DNA of 64,000 nt from contig OX597829.1 in assembly GCA_951406725.2 (NCBI GenBank), positions 25,730,001 to 25,794,000 on the forward strand, read 5' to 3'. Numbering within the stretch: the stretch's first letter is position 1; each line of letters starts with the position of its first letter. Of this stretch, positions 13,680 through 28,045 are shown in pieces. The notes beneath the pieces are model-generated. The model searched no databases and was not told the DNA's origin. It saw nothing but the letters and a program-made list of their open reading frames with translations. The position numbers and the translations under genes were made by a program. The stretch comes from Octopus vulgaris (taxonomy: Eukaryota).

Positions 13680-16048
13680 TAGTTAGTTAGTTAGTTAATT
13701 TGGCTCAAAAGCAAATAGCAAGGCCATGGAGTTAAGTACAGGGTAGTGTTCATGTAAAGAGTTCGGGCCACTTGAGGTCCAGGGAGGCTTTGAACAAAGC
13801 GGTCGTCGGCATCTTCACCATCTCGTCTGGCAGCTTGTTCCACGGATCCGCAACCCGGACGGAGAAAGCTCCTCTCCTTCGATTGAGATGAAATCGTCGC
13901 AGGTAGAGCTTTTCGGAATGACCCCGCAGCCGACGCTCCGGAGCAGGAGTGAAGAACAGCTCTTTCGAGAGGTTACACTTTCCGCTTATGATGTTGTGGG
14001 CGAGAATGAGATCACCACGGCGGCGGCGTTTTTCAAGAGAACAAAGGTCGAGCGTCCTCAGCCTTTCTTCGTAGGACAAACTTTTGAGACCATGAACCAT
14101 GCGGGTAGCCAGCCTCTGGACTCTTTCGAGGTGCTGTATGTCTTTGAGGAGATAAGGAGAAGAGGCTTGAATCCCATACTCCAATATGGGTCTCACCAGC
14201 GTGACATAGAGTGGCAGGAATATGGCTGCTGTGAGCATTCCGAATGACCGTCGAATCAAAAACAGAATTCCGCGCGCTTTGTTGGCAGCATGGACGCACT
14301 GGGCTGAAGGCGAAAAGGAGGAATCCACCAAGATACCCAGGTCCTTTACCTGATCGGTCCTCTCCAGCAGCAGACGACCCGGCTCGAAATCAAGTTGAGT
14401 TGCATGAGTAGAGCCGACAGGCAGATGACAGCACTTTGACACGTTCAGACACAGGTCCCAATCGTTAGACCACTTCCAAATTTGGTGGAGGCATCGACGA
14501 AGATCCTCTATACTACCGCGAGGAGCGACCAGTTTGATATCGTCGGCAAATAGAAGGGTGTGTTGCGTGAGGTCGTCGGGCAAGTCATTTATGAAGACTA
14601 AGAACAACAAGGGCCCAAGCACTGAACCTTGAGGCACGCCACTGCTCGCACTGGAGACGTCGGACCGCGAACCATTAACTTGAACTTGGAAGGAGCGATC
14701 TGAGAGGAAGGCACCAACCCATCGTACAATATCCGGATGGAAACTATATGCTTGAAGCTTGACAAGTAGTAGGCGGTGGTTTACCGAGTCAAAAGCTTTG
14801 GCAAAGTCCAATAAAACGATGTCAACAGCATCACTATCATCGAGGATGCGCGTCACCAATTCTTCCATTACTAGTAAGTTGGTCAAGCATGATCTCTTCG
14901 GCACGAAGCCGTGTTGGGAATCAGTGATCGAGGCTGTGTTTAGGAGGTGGAGCATCATACTTTTCTTAAGGATGGTTTCGAACATCTTGCTGATTATTGA
15001 TGTAAGGGAAACCGGTCGGTAGTTAAGCGGGTCATCGCGGCTCCCTTTCTTGAAAATTGGGCAGATTATCGCTGTTCTCCAGTCTGCAGGTATAACACCC
15101 GTCGCCAATGACATATTGAATAGTCGTGTTAAGGGCTCGCAGATGACCGGAGCCAACGCTTTGATAACTCGTGGGTGTATGCCGTCAGGGCCGTGACCCT
15201 TGTTGACATCGAGGCCTTGAATAACACGTTTGACTTGGTCCCGCGTGATGATCAATCGAAGCATTGGAGGTACCGATCTATCAAATGGAGGGGGTTCACG
15301 ACCATCATCTTGTTTGAAAATAGTTGAAAAAGCCTCGGCAAATAATTGACTCTGTTGATAAGGGTCCTTAATCGATACACCTGTTGAGTCTACCAACGTT
15401 GCAATCTGGTTGTTCAAGCGGGAATTCCGCTGGACATGGGCAAAGAAGGTTTTTGGATTGCTACTGGCATTTGCCGCGATTTTGTATTCATAACTGAAGC
15501 GTTCTTTCTTTTCAATTTTCACGGCTCGGTCTCGTTGAGTTTTGTACACCTCAAAAGCTGCAGTCGAATCCAGATTTTTGAATTCAGCCCAAGCAATATC
15601 TCTGAGTCGACGTTCTCGTTTAACCTTCTTCGTCACCCAGGGCTTGTGTTTCTTCCTCTTGGGAAGTCCAACGGGAACTGCCTGGTCAGTCAAACAGATT
15701 ACATATGCTTTGAGGGATGACCATAGTTCGTCAACTGAGGACAACGTCATCAGGGAACGCCAGTCCAGAAGCGCGGAAGCCTCGGTTAGAATTTCAAGAT
15801 TAATTGCAGAGAAGACTCTACGTGGCAGCGAAGTAATCGTGGGCGTGGAAAAAGTTGTGTGCATGACGAACTTCAGGACCGCATGATCACTCTTGACAAG
15901 AGGGGCGCACACAGATACGTCTGACACTGATCTTGGATAGCGGGAGAATACCAGATCTAGCATAGATGGCTGCTGCCCAGACCGATGCCTTGTCGGATAT
16001 TCAACATGTTGCGATAGAAAACAATCTTCAGCCACGTCAAGAAGGGCC
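13680..16048 (-). mobile_element. Young 5'-truncated CR1-group LINE
   Basis: Uninterrupted ORF2, very short 3' UTR, (CTAA)n tail and 7-bp TSD tgttagt at 13673-13679 and 16049-16055. Confidence 0.95.
13750..16035 (-). CDS. LINE ORF2 (C-terminal end of APE endonuclease plus complete reverse transcriptase), N-terminally truncated
   Basis: PTR..LDLVFS (end of APE), GPDGIHP, NYRPVSLTS, QHGF, LDFAKAFDSV, SGVPQGSVLGPLLF, LFADDIKL, KDLGI, LERVQRLAT. The GTG start is only the truncation point. Confidence 0.93.
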   Translation of the reverse strand: MAEDCFLSQHVEYPTRHRSGQQPSMLDLVFSRYPRSVSDVSVCAPLVKSDHAVLKFVMHTTFSTPTITSLPRRVFSAINLEILTEASALLDWRSLMTLSSVDELWSSLKAYVICLTDQAVPVGLPKRKKHKPWVTKKVKRERRLRDIAWAEFKNLDSTAAFEVYKTQRDRAVKIEKKERFSYEYKIAANASSNPKTFFAHVQRNSRLNNQIATLVDSTGVSIKDPYQQSQLFAEAFSTIFKQDDGREPPPFDRSVPPMLRLIITRDQVKRVIQGLDVNKGHGPDGIHPRVIKALAPVICEPLTRLFNMSLATGVIPADWRTAIICPIFKKGSRDDPLNYRPVSLTSIISKMFETILKKSMMLHLLNTASITDSQHGFVPKRSCLTNLLVMEELVTRILDDSDAVDIVLLDFAKAFDSVNHRLLLVKLQAYSFHPDIVRWVGAFLSDRSFQVQVNGSRSDVSSASSGVPQGSVLGPLLFLVFINDLPDDLTQHTLLFADDIKLVAPRGSIEDLRRCLHQIWKWSNDWDLCLNVSKCCHLPVGSTHATQLDFEPGRLLLERTDQVKDLGILVDSSFSPSAQCVHAANKARGILFLIRRSFGMLTAAIFLPLYVTLVRPILEYGIQASSPYLLKDIQHLERVQRLATRMVHGLKSLSYEERLRTLDLCSLEKRRRRGDLILAHNIISGKCNLSKELFFTPAPERRLRGHSEKLYLRRFHLNRRRGAFSVRVADPWNKLPDEMVKMPTTALFKASLDLKWPELFT

Positions 16049-16055
16049 TGTTAGT

Positions 16056-16230
16056 GATGAAGAAGTCATACCCAGTCATAATATGAAAGAATACTGAAAG
16101 CCGTAATATGAAAGAAAAAGGCTCTTGCCAGAATCTTTATAAAATGTAAGTATAACTGGCCAGACATAGTGATCAGAGATAGAGAAAAGAAACTGTGCAC
16201 AGTTGTACCTATTAGACGTTAACATAATGT
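16056..16230 (+). mobile_element. Old R4/Dong-like remnant (RLE region) hosting the SINE B and the CR1; continues from about 12960-13670
   Basis: KCKYNWPDIVIRDREKKLC resembles the RLE PD motif; decayed FA.HEQEI and NRCR segments lie before 13670. Confidence 0.5.
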
Positions 16231-16654
16231 TAATGATTAGTGAAAAAACAAAACTTCTATATCGAATTGGGAAATATTTAGAAAGTACCTCAGCGTTATA
16301 AATTTAGAGTTATACCTGTAATTACTGGGGTGCTTGGTTAAATAACTAACAAGGCTAATTAAGAAATGACCGGTACATACCATTAATGGTACAGTGAAAT
16401 TATGTAAAACATTCGAATAGGTTCGTAGACACATCTATAGATATATAAACGTGTATATATGTGTATATAGTCAAAATATACACATCCACGCTTACAATAA
16501 CATTTTTGCATGCTTGTACAATATACATGTGCAGATACATAATTAATTACTTGACTAATTAGTTCATGTCTAAATGCGAGCCAAGTTCATTTGGTTGAAT
16601 CTGGCTAATCCTTCATTGATGATAATTTTAGAAATAAAATCAGGAACACGTACA

Positions 16655-16998
16655 TAGATGCAGGCGTGGCTGTGTGGTAAGAAGTTTGCGTCCCAACCAC
16701 ATGGTTCCATGTTCAGTCACACTGTGTGGGCAAATGTCTTCTCTGCGGTCTTGGGCCGAAACAAATACGGAAAATGAAAGAAGTTCGTTGTGTGTGTGTG
16801 TGTGGTGTCTGTGTTTGTCCTCTACCACTGCTTTACGACCGGTGTTGGTGCATTAATATAACTCGAAACATAGCGGTTCGGCAAAAGAGAATAAGTACCC
16901 AGCTTGATAGAAAATAAGTACTGGAACCAATTTGCTCGACTAGAATTCTTGAAAGTGGTGCCTCAGCATGACCGCAGTCTAACGACCGAAACAAGTAG
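16655..16998 (+). mobile_element. Diverged SINE family A
   Basis: Recognisable head (gtggctgtgtggtaag) and 3' half. Confidence 0.8.
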
Positions 16999-17040
16999 GG
17001 TGTAAATTATACATGCATGCATAATTACCTACCTATCTAC

Positions 17041-17131
<91 letters not shown>

Positions 17132-17149
17132 CACACACACACACACACA

Positions 17150-18530
17150 AGGTCGGCAATGGTAATATGAGATTGGTCACTCTGCTTGTCATTTCATCTC
17201 AGTTCTTCTCCATGTGGCGATCTGGATCAAATTCGGCGCTTTACGCTGGTATTAGCTGGTATTGACCTGCCTCACCAGGTGTCTTCCTGTGGGCTCACCG
17301 ACTTTTCTAGATTGATTTTTGCTCCTTTCACGGCTTCGTATTTCTTTAATGAAGTTTGAATTCCTTCGACATTATCATGATGACTTTGCCCACATATAAT
17401 ATGGTTCTAATTCGCACAAGATGTCCCTCGACGTCTGCTTCCGCAGTGGTAGCTCGAGAGTTGTACATATAGGAAGACGAGAAAGGACAACCTTGATGGA
17501 CAGTGCGCATGATACTGAATGGTTCCGATAGATGACTTTAACCAGAACAGATGCCGCTATACATTGCAACAATCAAATAACAGATCATGGGGCCGAAACC
17601 AGTTGCCATGACGACAGCCGCCAAGTACTGGTGATCGACCCTACCGAAAGCTTTCACTTGATTCATGTTGATCATGGCCCCCATCCATGCCATGTTCCTT
17701 AAAAACACTCCCTGTGATGTACCGCATGAGGTGGAGCTTGTCGTGGATAAACATGTTCAGGATTGCTCATGTTTACGCATCACCAGTTGGACAAACCATC
17801 GACGATAAGCACCAATCTCATGCTAACACTTTAGCCAAAATTTTGAAATCTCCTTTGACTGGGTCCTTTCTCAGCAACGCTATGTTCTTCGACTCGCAGA
17901 ACGAAGGATTCTCTCGATCTGCTGGCAATTGCAGCAAACGTCTGCTTTAGAGGTCGCCAAACTAGTCTACAAAATGAAAATAAAGCGTCCACATTGCACC
18001 TTCCATCTCTGTTCTTACTTTCCTAACTCAGAGTGGGTCCATTTATCCAAACCCTTTTTTGACATTCAATAGAAGAAAGAGCACTTGCCTCTTCACTTTC
18101 ACTTTCCTTTCCACGTGGAACTTATAAAAGTCAATGAGGGCTTGATCGAAGATGAAGTTGTCTGTCCTCAATCCTTTCAGTCTCTCCATCACATAACCTC
18201 TTTCACCGTAGTCGCCAGACAAAGGAACACCATCAGCCCTGCCTTGTTGAGAGTGGGTGGTGGGACGAATCTTACGATGAACTCGGCAAGTAATCGGATT
18301 TGTTCTACACGGAAGAAGTTCCGTACTTGAAGAACTTACCTCTAACCAGTAGTGCACTCTGGAAGCACTGTCAGATCAGAGGTTTCCTGCTTGAAAGTCC
18401 TCTGAGACAGTGCAGCTCGCTCGTCCTTGCCGACGCCTAGAGTTTCCCCGAGAACATCATCGCTCTTACCAACAGCGTAAGGGTAAGAGGAACGATTAGG
18501 ACAAATGCGTGCACCTCCCCTCCACCACAC
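17150..18530 (-). mobile_element. Decayed L1/Tx1-like LINE fragments
   Basis: NQVKAFGRVDHQYL, VHQGCPFS and LKKYEAVKGAKINLEKS; 18040-18530 is homologous to the C-terminal region at 59150-60300. Confidence 0.75.
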
Positions 18531-18745
18531 TGATATATCTTTTTACTTTGTTCAGTCATTGAAATGCGGCCATGCTGGGGCACTGTCCTGGAGAATCTTT
18601 GGTCGAATGAATCCACACCAGTACTTATTTTTTAAAGCCTGGTGCTTTTTCTATTGGCCGAACTAGGGACATAAACACATCAACACCGGTTGTCAAAAGA
18701 CTGAGCCTGAACCACACAGCCACGCCCATAAATATACGTCTACAT

Positions 18746-18789
<44 letters not shown>

Positions 18790-19210
18790 GCACATTTATT
18801 ATGTATATATGTGTGTGTGTGTGTGTGTGTGCGTGCGGGGGTAGGGGGTGGGGTGGCGCGTGCGCGTGTGTGAGTTCGAGTGGGTGTGTATGTGCGTGCG
18901 TGCGTGCATCTGTACATGTGTAAAAGTTATGATGTATAAGCGGAATGAAGCACTGAATTATAGGTAATATATATATACATATATACACTCACACATATGC
19001 CAGAAAACATGAAACGAGAATCTCGGAGTAGCTTCATCTGAGCGAACACACACAATGGCGCACACACGCACACACACATTCACACAGACGCACACGCAAA
19101 CGCACACGATCATTTATGCATAACACGCCCACACAAAGACATACGCAATATACGCGCACCCCACATATAAGCATATATAATAATAATAATGATAATAATA
19201 AAAAATAATG

Positions 19211-19252
<42 letters not shown>

Positions 19253-19380
19253 TTAATAATAATAATAATCATAATAATAATCATAATAATAATGATAATA
19301 ATAATAATAATAATCATAATAATAATAATAATGATAATAATAATCATAATAATAATAATAATAATAATAATAACATAATC

Positions 19381-19448
<68 letters not shown>

Positions 19449-19633
19449 CATAATCATAATAAAGAACCTCATGAAAATTAAAAATTGAAAATAAAAAATC
19501 TAAAATGAAGTGAAATAAAAGAAAACGCTATTCCATGATTGTGTGACCTATATTTCAACTTGCTATAATACTGACCTTTATATCAGAACAGTAACAACAT
19601 CCCAGCCACATTTCTGCTGCCGCACACCACCTC

Positions 19634-19962
<329 letters not shown>

Positions 19963-19976
19963 TATATATATACACA

Positions 19977-20008
<32 letters not shown>

Positions 20009-20048
20009 ACTCGCGTGCATGTATGTGTGCGTTTATATGCATGTATGT

Positions 20049-20106
<58 letters not shown>

Positions 20107-20272
20107 TTATATATACTTACTTGCGTATATGTATATATACACATATAGACGTATATTCATCTCCTTCCATCCATTCATGTTTGTATACATATACATTAAA
20201 TACATAAATGCATGCATGCACATTTCTTTGCTTAACACTACTCACACCACTCATTGATGCCACTACTTCCAA

Positions 20273-20938
20273 ATGTATGTATGTATGTATGTATGTATGT
20301 ATGTATGTATGTATGTATGTATGTATGTATGTATGTATGTATGTATGTATGTATGTATGTATGTATGTATGTATGTATGTATGTATGTATGTATGTATGT
20401 ATGGGTGTGTGTATGTATGTATGTATGTATGTATGTATGTATGCATGTACGTATACATACATAGAGACTTGTATATATGTGTGTGTATGTATATATATTT
20501 ATGTGTAGCTAAGTACACACATACATACATACGTATGTATGTATGTATGTATGTATGTATGTATGTATGTATGTATGCATGTATGTATGTATGTGTGTAT
20601 GTATGTATGTATGTATATGTATGTATGTATGTGTGTGTATGTGTATATGTATGTGTGTATGTATGTATGTATGTATGTATGTATGCATGTATGTATGTAT
20701 GTATGTATGTATGTATGTATGTATGTATGTATGTGTGTATGTATGTATGTATGTATGTATATGTATGTATGTATGTATGAGTGTATGTGTGTATGTATGT
20801 ATGTATGCATGTATGTATGTATATGTATGTATGTATGTATGAGGGTATGTGTGTATGTATGTATGTATGTATGTATGTATGTATGTATGTATGTATGTAT
20901 GTATGTATGTATGTATGTATATGTGTGTATGTATGTAC
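20273..20938. repeat. (ATGT)n microsatellite array
   Basis: Directly visible; explains the MYVC/YIHT ORFs. Confidence 0.97.
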
Positions 20939-21719
20939 TAAGCGAAATATTGATATATATATATATATATCTTTTGTTTCCTCTCACCATTCTGTTTCTT
21001 CCATCTCCTCTCTGTCTCTCTCTTTCTCCCGATTCTCCAACCATAAATTTTGCTTTTCTTGCAAGCTCTCCCTCTGTTTTCTCTTCACTCGCTCACCTCC
21101 ACCTTCACCAGCCATCACAACTGCTTTTTCCAATAGTTCTCATTCACCACCATCACCTTCTCCAATCATCTTTCATATTTCCACTCTCCCGAAGTCTCCT
21201 TCTTCGGATTTCTCCTTCTCTCTACATCTAATAATGCCTCCTCCCACTCGTCCACTCCTCCCGTTAGACCTCATTCCACCACAATCACTCTATATCTGTC
21301 CACACATCTAGCTCTTGCTCCACATCTATTTTATCACACCGCTAGCCATCATAACTAAGATTCATTGCTGCATCTAATTCTGTAACTGCTGTTTCTTGCT
21401 ACTGCTGTTTGTTGTTGTGCTACAATTACCCAATTACTGACCTATATATACGTATACTTGCATACACGCATATATACTCGCGCATATGTATATACCTAAC
21501 AATATCAACGTAAATAATTATGTATATATATATATATATAATATAAATAGTATATAAATATATGCATATATACATACACATATGTACATACCTACATACC
21601 CACATATGCATGTATATATACATATAGATGTAGGTATGTACATATATGTATATATGCATATATCTATATATTATTTATATTATTATATGATCGAAAGCAA
21701 CGCATCCTTTTCCAAGTAA

Positions 21720-21789
<70 letters not shown>

Positions 21790-21841
21790 ATTATATATAA
21801 GCATATATATGTGTGTGTGTATGTATGTATGTGTATGTGTA

Positions 21842-21961
<120 letters not shown>

Positions 21962-22084
21962 TATACATACATATATGGATATAAATACATACATACGGAC
22001 ATATATACGTATATACATACATACATACATACATACATACATACATACATACATACAAACATACATACAAACATACATATGCAT

Positions 22085-22287
22085 ACAGCATCATCAGCGC
22101 AACGACCAAAATGTTTGATGACATTTTGTCCGTATTTACACTGTGAATTCAAATGCTGCCAAAGTCCATTTTTGCCTTTCATCTTTTCGGGGTCGCTAAA
22201 ATAGATATCAGTTGAACACTGGGATCGATGTAATCGACTTAACCTAACCCCTGATACTGCTGGCCTTCTGCCAAAATTTGAAACCAA
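22085..22287 (+). mobile_element. Diverged SINE family B
   Basis: ttgcctttcatcttttcggggtcg...gatcgatgtaatcgactt...ccaaaatttgaaacc. Confidence 0.7.
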
Positions 22288-22392
22288 TGTCGAAAATATT
22301 CAATGTATGAAATAAGATGTCATTAATGATAGTTTCATGCGCTAATATCTTGTCAATCTTCGGATGATATTAGCTCAGCCATCTGACAGGAA

Positions 22393-23076
22393 CAGTGGCG
22401 GTTCGTAGATAAAATTAGTCGGGGTGCTGCTTCAGAAAATTGTTAGCCGTTGTTTTAATATTGTGTAAAAGGAAAGAAACATAAAAAGAATATTTATACC
22501 AAAACTTGATCGGTTCACGTTTTGGCCACTGCCGGGTAGAGTGTTTAATTTGTTCATTGGACACCGCTGTGAATTCCCCCTTGTTTTTAAAAAATACCCC
22601 CTAAATCACAAAATAAGGAGAGGGGGAAATATGTCCTATATTTCAAATCCTGGCAGCAACACGAAAGCTAGAAGCAGGATAAAAATCTAATTCTGCACTG
22701 TATCACATTGAAGAATATAAACACGTTTTTAAGCACAACACACGCGGAGTCAAAAAGAAACACTACCTTTCACCAGCAGTATATGAACGACAGTGCTGTT
22801 TCTCCTTAGCGTCGAGCTTCCTATCTCGGACATCTGAGCATGCGCACAATAGCCAAATACTGTAAAGCGCACAGTTCCATACAAGGATTTTTGTATTGTT
22901 TTCATAAACTAGGGGATGGCTACTGACATTAAGCTTAAGGATTATATAATGTACAAGTATAAAGAAGGAATGAAAGAAAAAAGGATACATTATATTGAAT
23001 GTTATCGATTATATCGAGTGGAAATAAGGGTGGGGGTGACTGCAGTTCCGCAGTGCCTATACACGAGCCGCCACTG
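22393..23076. mobile_element. Non-autonomous hAT-like DNA transposon
   Basis: TIRs cagtggcggttcgt/acgagccgccactg; 8-bp TSD gacaggaa/gacaggag. Confidence 0.75.
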
Positions 23077-23176
23077 GACAGGAGTGTACACTGTATAAGT
23101 ACTTCTATTTGTATGTTTTTAGATGCTTTTATACGTGTATGTGCGTACATATATAAGTATATGTATGATGTATACG

Positions 23177-23225
<49 letters not shown>

Positions 23226-23350
23226 GTGCGCGTGTTTGTGCGTGTGTTTGCGCGCGTGTGTGTATGTATTTATTTCGTTGCATTCTATATTGTATAACAC
23301 CTTTCGTCCTTCCATCGTCTTCGTATAACATGTTTGCGTCTGTCTCTCCT

Positions 23351-23389
<39 letters not shown>

Positions 23390-23985
23390 TTCTCTCTCTC
23401 TCTCTCTCTCACTCCTTCTCTCTCTCTCTCAATCCCATACATTTGTAAGCTTTTACAATTTCTGTGTAACTTTTTTTCTTATTTTATTGTCTCTTCGTGT
23501 CCTTGGGAGCTAATAAAGAAAAGAGCTTTATTAATCCTCCTCCTCCTCCCCTCCCCTCCACTCCTCTTCATCTTCCACCTCCTCTTCCTCCCCCCTCCCC
23601 CTCTTCCTCCTGCGAGATAAGTATCAGTAATACTCTCAGCGATATAGTCAATTACAATGTCTTCCTTTACGAATATTCTTGAGCCAAATCCGAAATCAAT
23701 ATATAATTTAAGTGAAGTATCTTCACTATCGTCTTTGTATCGAAGTATTATGGTGATACTAAGGCTTGCTTTTTTCCCCTCTTTTTTGCTAAAATCTTGT
23801 TTTTCAGTGACAGCATCCATAAGATATGCATTCTAATCTATCACCCCTGTTTTCCAATTATGGTAATATACAAACATGTACTATCCCTCGCTCTATCGAA
23901 ATGTCAGTTTTGAGGCATCATTAGTAATTGAATCTTGTTGGCTATAATATAGTTGCTATAATGCATTTTAATCATGTTACCTGTT

Positions 23986-24283
<298 letters not shown>

Positions 24284-24819
24284 TTGTTAAATGTTTGTTG
24301 AACACTGAAAAATCTTTTTGTAGAACTACAGAATTTACAGTGCATTTTCGTGACTAGAACACACATATTCTTAATCCTTAACTAGAGTTTATCCAAAAAC
24401 ACTTTAGAATGTCATAATTTCGTATTACAATTAATTTCTCTTCTCCCATTTGACTTAGATTTGGCTAGATACTAACGCAATAAATACTTTTCTCCTTCAG
24501 TAAAAGATTTCAATGCATGAAACTGAAGAATAAGATGGAATATTCCAGAGCATTATCTCAAGCTTCTTAAGAATAAAGGAAATGTCTTCTCTATCATTTG
24601 TCTCCATTAAAACACCTGTCTCAGCATTGTCATATTGCCTTCATTCACTTTCACTAAATATCCTACATATCTCTCAGAACGTTTTGTTGGAGAAGACTTT
24701 TAGGAGTGTATACACCAGCTCGGTGAAGTCCCTTATGCTTGTGGATATCTTTGAAAATTTAAATCTCAAAGCATCTACTATTTTATGTGTTTAATGTTAT
24801 TTTGACAAAGTTAATTAAA

Positions 24820-25244
24820 TACTCTTTTTTACTCTTTACTCTTTTACTCTTTTACTTGTTTCAGTCATTTGACTGCGGCCATGCTGGAGCACCGCCTTTA
24901 GTCGAGCAACTCGACCCCGGGACTTATTCTTTGTAAGCCCAGTACTTATTCTATCGGTCTCTTTTTGCCGAACCGCTAAGTGACGGGGACGTAAACACAC
25001 CAGCATCGGTTGTCATGCAATGCTAGGGGGACAAACACAGACACGCAAACACACACACACATACATATATACATATATACGACAGGCTTCTTTCAGTTTC
25101 CGTCTACCAAATCCACTCACAAGGCATTGGTCGGCCCGGGGCTATAGCAGAAGACACTTGCCCAAGATGCCACGCAGTGGGCCTGAACCCGGAACCATGT
25201 GGTTGGTTAGCAAGCTACTTACCACACAGCCACTCCTACGCCTA
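24820..25244 (-). mobile_element. SINE family A, full length, young subfamily
   Basis: Nearly identical to the copies at 30005 and 43515. Confidence 0.93.
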
Positions 25245-26173
25245 AATGCTATCCTTTTGATTTTTTTTTTAATTGCAAAAGATATCTTGGTGAAATAAAC
25301 ATTAGAAATGCTTTGTCCTATGCATGAACTGTCAGCTCTTCTTCTGAATCAATCGCAATATCGGAACCCTTCAGTATCATCAGCAGGTGTCTCAGGGTCA
25401 CAAGTGTTTCGCCCTCTCGAAGGGTTACACTGAATGGAGCGGCAAGGATTTAATTAGTCTTTGTCCGCGGAAGGGCTCCATCAGTAGTCCTTTGTCAACC
25501 CTAGCCATCTTGAGCTGGTTTTAGTTGTCGTGCCTTCCTCCTTGACGGTTTTCTTCCAGTTGTTGGGCTCCAGACCATGTATCATTCCACATTAAATGAA
25601 CATACTTTCAACTTGTCTTCAGATTTGCATCGATCTCTACGTTTCAATCTATATTATATCAACATTCCGTCTTCAAAAATTCAAAAATTTAATTGAATTT
25701 TTTTTTAGAATTCTGTTTGCATCTCAGGGTCATATCTTCCATTCAGCCATTTTTTGCCTTTGGACCCCTTCGATAACTATTTTATTCCGGTAGACCCTCA
25801 TTATCATTCGATGTTTAAAAACTAGTTTTATAGATTCTTCTTTCGAAAATTCCTATTTTGTTTCTCACACATTAACTTGCGTAGGTTGAACTATGTAAAG
25901 TATTAGAGAAAGAAACCTATCTGTTTCTTGCAATACATACCAATACATACATCTAAAGTAAAGTTCTATTGTGGATCTTTAATTTACTATTTTGTTACAG
26001 GGACTCACAAAAATCTTATATGAACCTTCAGGGGCCATATGAACCCCAGCTGAAAACCAAGTGTCAAGGCCATCATCCTCCTCATATTAACTCGAAATGT
26101 AAAAATGTCTTTATAATTGAAAGTTCACATTATGCGAGTTAAGCAATTCTTTGACATTGTCATATATTCTAGA

Positions 26174-26323
26174 GCTCAGGACATAGGCAAACTTTTTCGA
26201 GAAGCGTGCCGCATCAGACATAACTCATCATCAGGCGGACCGCACTACTAAAAAAAATTAAGGTGATTTTTCATTAGGCGTGTTATTGAGAAAGTCCTGC
26301 GGGCCGCATTTTACTCATGACTG
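26174..26323. mobile_element. hAT-Charlie-like MITE
   Basis: cagg..ggcaaac / gcgggccgc..catgactg termini, flanked by TCTAGA target-like sites. Confidence 0.55.
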
Positions 26324-27049
26324 TTCTAGACAATTTCTAATGTAATCATATTTGAGTGATTTCTGCTATGACCCCTAATAACTTTAACTTCGAATACACT
26401 AGAATTATTTATGTACTGAGGAATTATATATTCTGAAACAACTCTGATATTGGTGGTGATTATCTCAAGTCATACACCGTTAATATTTACCAGTTTATTC
26501 TTTATATAATAAATTTCGTTCCTTTCACGTCACTAGCGGGGAAAAAAAATTAATAAAAATAAAACGGACTGCTGGCAAGTCATTCTCTCCTTTACAATTG
26601 AAATGAACTACCAATAGACTGAAATTTACATGACTACAAAAGATTCCCCAATAAGCTTCTCGCAGATGTATGCGACTGTGTAAATTACTGAACAAGTCTG
26701 TACGTGGAACATATATAAACACATGACTACGAATGGCTTTCAAACATCCCCTTACGATTGAAGCTGAAATTGTACAAATGCATGCGATAGTTATTTTCGC
26801 AATTAAATTGATTTATCCCTTTCTACACAACTAAATAAACTATGAGGAACAGTAATAACTTTTTTCTGGAGAAATACTTGCCTTATATACCTTTCCTGCC
26901 TGTCTGTCGCTGTTTCTCTGTCTGTCTCTCTCCTTCCTTCTTTCTCTGTCTGTCTGTCTGTCTGTCTCAATCTCTCTCTTTCTCTTTTTCATCCTCACCG
27001 TTAGAAAGTAATGTAATGTAATTAATGAACCCCTAGTTCCCTGGTTACT

Positions 27050-27330
27050 TTGTACATCATGTTGATATTCTTCTGAAAATCCTTAAGTTTAATTCCATTT
27101 TCTCCACTTGTTCTGTTTTACAATAGCCTGCAGGATGTTTTGTGTAAAAACGTTGGCCTTCAACGCTGTTAATACTCTGCACGAAGTCCATTTGCCTCAA
27201 CGGAGATATATTTAACGGCGAAACTACAACCTTAATATTTTGGTGTAACTCAACAAGTATAGTGAGGTGACCAAGTGCATTGGCAAAAATTAATAAACTC
27301 TAAATTTAGAGACGATACCTTCCATCCCCA
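27050..27330 (-). pseudogene. pogo/Tigger transposase remnant
   Basis: FANALGHL..ELHQNIKVVVSPLNISPLRQMD resembles the DNAPGH..NIKVVFLPPNTTS..QPMD motif of DDE_1 transposases. Confidence 0.6.
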
Positions 27331-27527
27331 TCTTTTGTCCTTTATCTTTTCTTTTTTCTTTCAGTTGTTGGATTGCGGCCATGCCGGGGCACTACACTGA
27401 AGGGTTTAATCGAATAAATAGATCCAAATACTTATATTTTAAAAAAGTTTGGCGCTTATTTTATCGTTACTTTCGCCGAACCGGTAAGTTATGGGGATAC
27501 AAACAGACCAACACCGGTTGTCACGCC

Positions 27528-28010
27528 GGATCTAGTTAAACTGATTCACAAAATATGCGTTTTTTAAAAGGAAGTAAAAAATCTGAAAATCGGCTATAAT
27601 AATGTAGTTTTCCCGTCTTATTGCTATGAAGGTAAGATGCTGTGGAAAAAAAGATTGGAGGAAAAAGTTACAGAGATTTAAAAATCAGGGGGGAAAAAAT
27701 GAGAAAAAACTGTGTATTTTTGGTCAATAGTGAGACAGACATTTTCTGCGTTTAGCGGAACGGTGTTAACTTTAAGGTTGTACCCTATGAAATTTATAGT
27801 TTAGCGTCCGTGAAATGAAAAAACAGAAATACCTTATAAAATCAACATGTGTCACGTTACTGTTTCTTTCGTCTCTTCATTGACTACATGTTTTTATTAT
27901 TTTTAAAAGTTTGTTATATTAATATATTTGTCTGCGTGTGTTTACTTTATGCGTATTTCAGTATAATGTATACCTGCCATATATTTATGTACATCGTTAA
28001 TATATAAGTG

Positions 28011-28045
<35 letters not shown>

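Noticed and set aside
25020-25298. Recurrent ORFs such as [28 protein letters not shown]
   Set aside because: Antisense read-through of the non-coding SINE A.
26186-26236. Minus-strand CTGATGA-tGAG..CTC-GAAA in the Charlie-like MITE
   Set aside because: Stems I and III cannot be formed convincingly; likely chance.
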